Assembly: GCA_038087875.1 (NCBI GenBank) | Contig: JAXLNO010000600.1 | Span: forward strand, 496,001-560,000 | Reading direction: 5' to 3' | Source: Malacoraja senta | Lineage: Eukaryota | DNA: 64,000 nucleotides | Part shown: in pieces, positions 62,510-64,000 of the stretch | How the letters are laid out: every line of letters begins with the position of its first letter | How positions within the stretch are numbered: the stretch's first letter is position 1 | The notes under the pieces: model-generated | The model's input: only the letters and a program-made list of their open reading frames with translations | The model's database searches: none | Told to the model about the DNA's origin: nothing | Position numbers and translations under genes: made by a program

Positions 62510-63690
62510 AGGGGGGAGAGAGGGGGGGAGAGGGGAGAGAGAGAGAGAGAGGGAGAGGGGGGGAGAGAGGGAGAGAGAGAGAGGAGAGAGAGAGGAGAGA
62601 GGGAGGGAAGGAGATAGAGGGAGGGGTGAAGCGAGCAGAGGGGATAGTGTGGAGTTAGTACCTCCACCAATGTAAAGCACTTTGGTCAACGAGATTTGTT
62701 TTTTAAATGTGCTATAGAAATAAAAGTGACTTGACTTGACTTGGAGAGAGAGAAGGGTTGGAGAGCCAGGGAGAGCCAGGGAGAGGCGGGGAGAGAGGAA
62801 GAGAGGAGAGCGTATGGAGAGAAGGGGAAAGGGGGGGAAAGAGATGGGCAGAGAGAGATTAAAAAAAAGACAGAACGACCTGTCAGAGAGAGGAGGAGAG
62901 ACGGAGATGGAGAGAGGGAGACAGAGAGGGGGGAGAGGGAGAGGGGGAGGGAGAGGGAGAGAATGAGAGAGGGAGGGAGCAGAGGGGATAGCGTGGAGAG
63001 AGAGAAGGGTTGTATAGCCAGGAAGAGCGTGTGGAGAGAAAGGGGGAAAGAGATGGGCAGAGAGAGATTTTAAAGAACTAGATGATACATCAAAACTAAG
63101 AATAATCCTTGGTGAAGGAAATACGGCACATCTTGGTGCACAATACGTAACAGCATGCCATAACCTGAGAGACGGTGAATGACCAACATGCACGCACATA
63201 CTAATTGACATTAACTGACACTAAGAAATTAATATTGAATTGCTAAACTTGCTATTCTGTTATACTGCTTACAGCTGCAAGAACGTGTAGCAATCAATAA
63301 AGGACTATAGGTCTATTGCGAGTTTATGTACAGGGACATATCTATCCATGCACTGTATACTTGTATATATACTTATGCATTTTAAATATGTATGTCATGT
63401 TTTATACTTTGGCAATATAACGATGCATTTTATCATGCCAATAAAGTTTTTTAAATTGAAAAATTGAAATTGAATTGAATTGAGAGGGAGACAGAGAGAG
63501 GGGGAGGGAGAGGAGGAGAGAGGAAGAGAGAGGGGGGGAGGGAGAGGGAGAGAATGATGGAGAGAGGGAGGGAGCAGAGGGGATAGCGAGGAGAGAGAGA
63601 AGGGTTGTATAGCCAGGAAGAGCATGTGGAGAGAAATGGAAAGAGATGGGAGAGAGATTTAAAAAAAGACCGAACGACCTGTCAGAGAGA
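62510..63690 (+). repeat. GA-rich tracts with an internally duplicated unit of about 150-200 bp
   Basis: gcagaggggatagcg...gagagagagaagggttgtatagccaggaagagc...gagagattt recurs; an AT-rich insert lies at about 63075-63480. Confidence 0.85.
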
Positions 63691-64000
63691 GAAGGTAGAC
63701 AAAAATGCTGGAGAAACTCAGCGAGTGAGGCAGCATCTATGGAGCGAAGAAATAGGTGACGTTTCGGGACGAGACCCTTCTTCAGACTTCAGTAGTCTTG
63801 ACCCGAAACATCACCTTCGCTCCATAGATCGGCTCTGACCTCCCTTCCATCGAGGGGATCTATCGCAGTCGCTGCCTCAAAAAGGCTGGCAGCATCATCA
63901 AGGACCCACACCATCCTGGCCACACACTCATATCCCCGCTACCTTCAGGTAGATGGTACAGGAGCCTGAAGACTGCAACGTCCAGGTACAGAAATAGCTA

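Noticed and set aside
61803..63211. Ser/Leu-rich and Arg/Glu-rich ORFs
   Set aside because: Translations of CT/GA low-complexity tracts

Overview
Eukaryotic, very repeat-dense vertebrate DNA. The repeat complement (HE1-type tRNA SINEs, abundant CR1/HER1 LINE 3' ends, Rex1/Babar, L2, Penelope-like elements) points to a cartilaginous fish, probably a skate or ray (inference). Two convergent host genes can be reconstructed by hand. (1) The last two coding exons of ABCB6 lie on + (4927-4995, 11080-11227). (2) An uncharacterised gene of at least six coding exons lies on - (61736 to about 39013). It encodes a secreted, cysteine-rich protein of about 450 aa whose C-terminal half is colinear with the clan CD (legumain/GPI8, peptidase C13-like) fold. 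It lacks the catalytic His-Gly and Cys (LNSP and DQSYPG instead) and carries an EF-hand-type loop (DVNNDGIADQKE) formed across a splice junction, so it is a candidate Ca2+-binding secreted pseudo-protease. Its last exon has two apparent +1 frameshifts, and a 200-N gap in intron 1 could hide an exon. The remainder is nested transposons: two long disrupted CR1 ORF2 copies, a solo LTR, hAT-like and Harbinger-like MITEs (one only 27 bp with a perfect 8-bp TSD), Penelope GIY-YIG fragments with many hammerhead-core motifs, and a structured non-autonomous retroposon. All calls come from manual reading; no searches were run.
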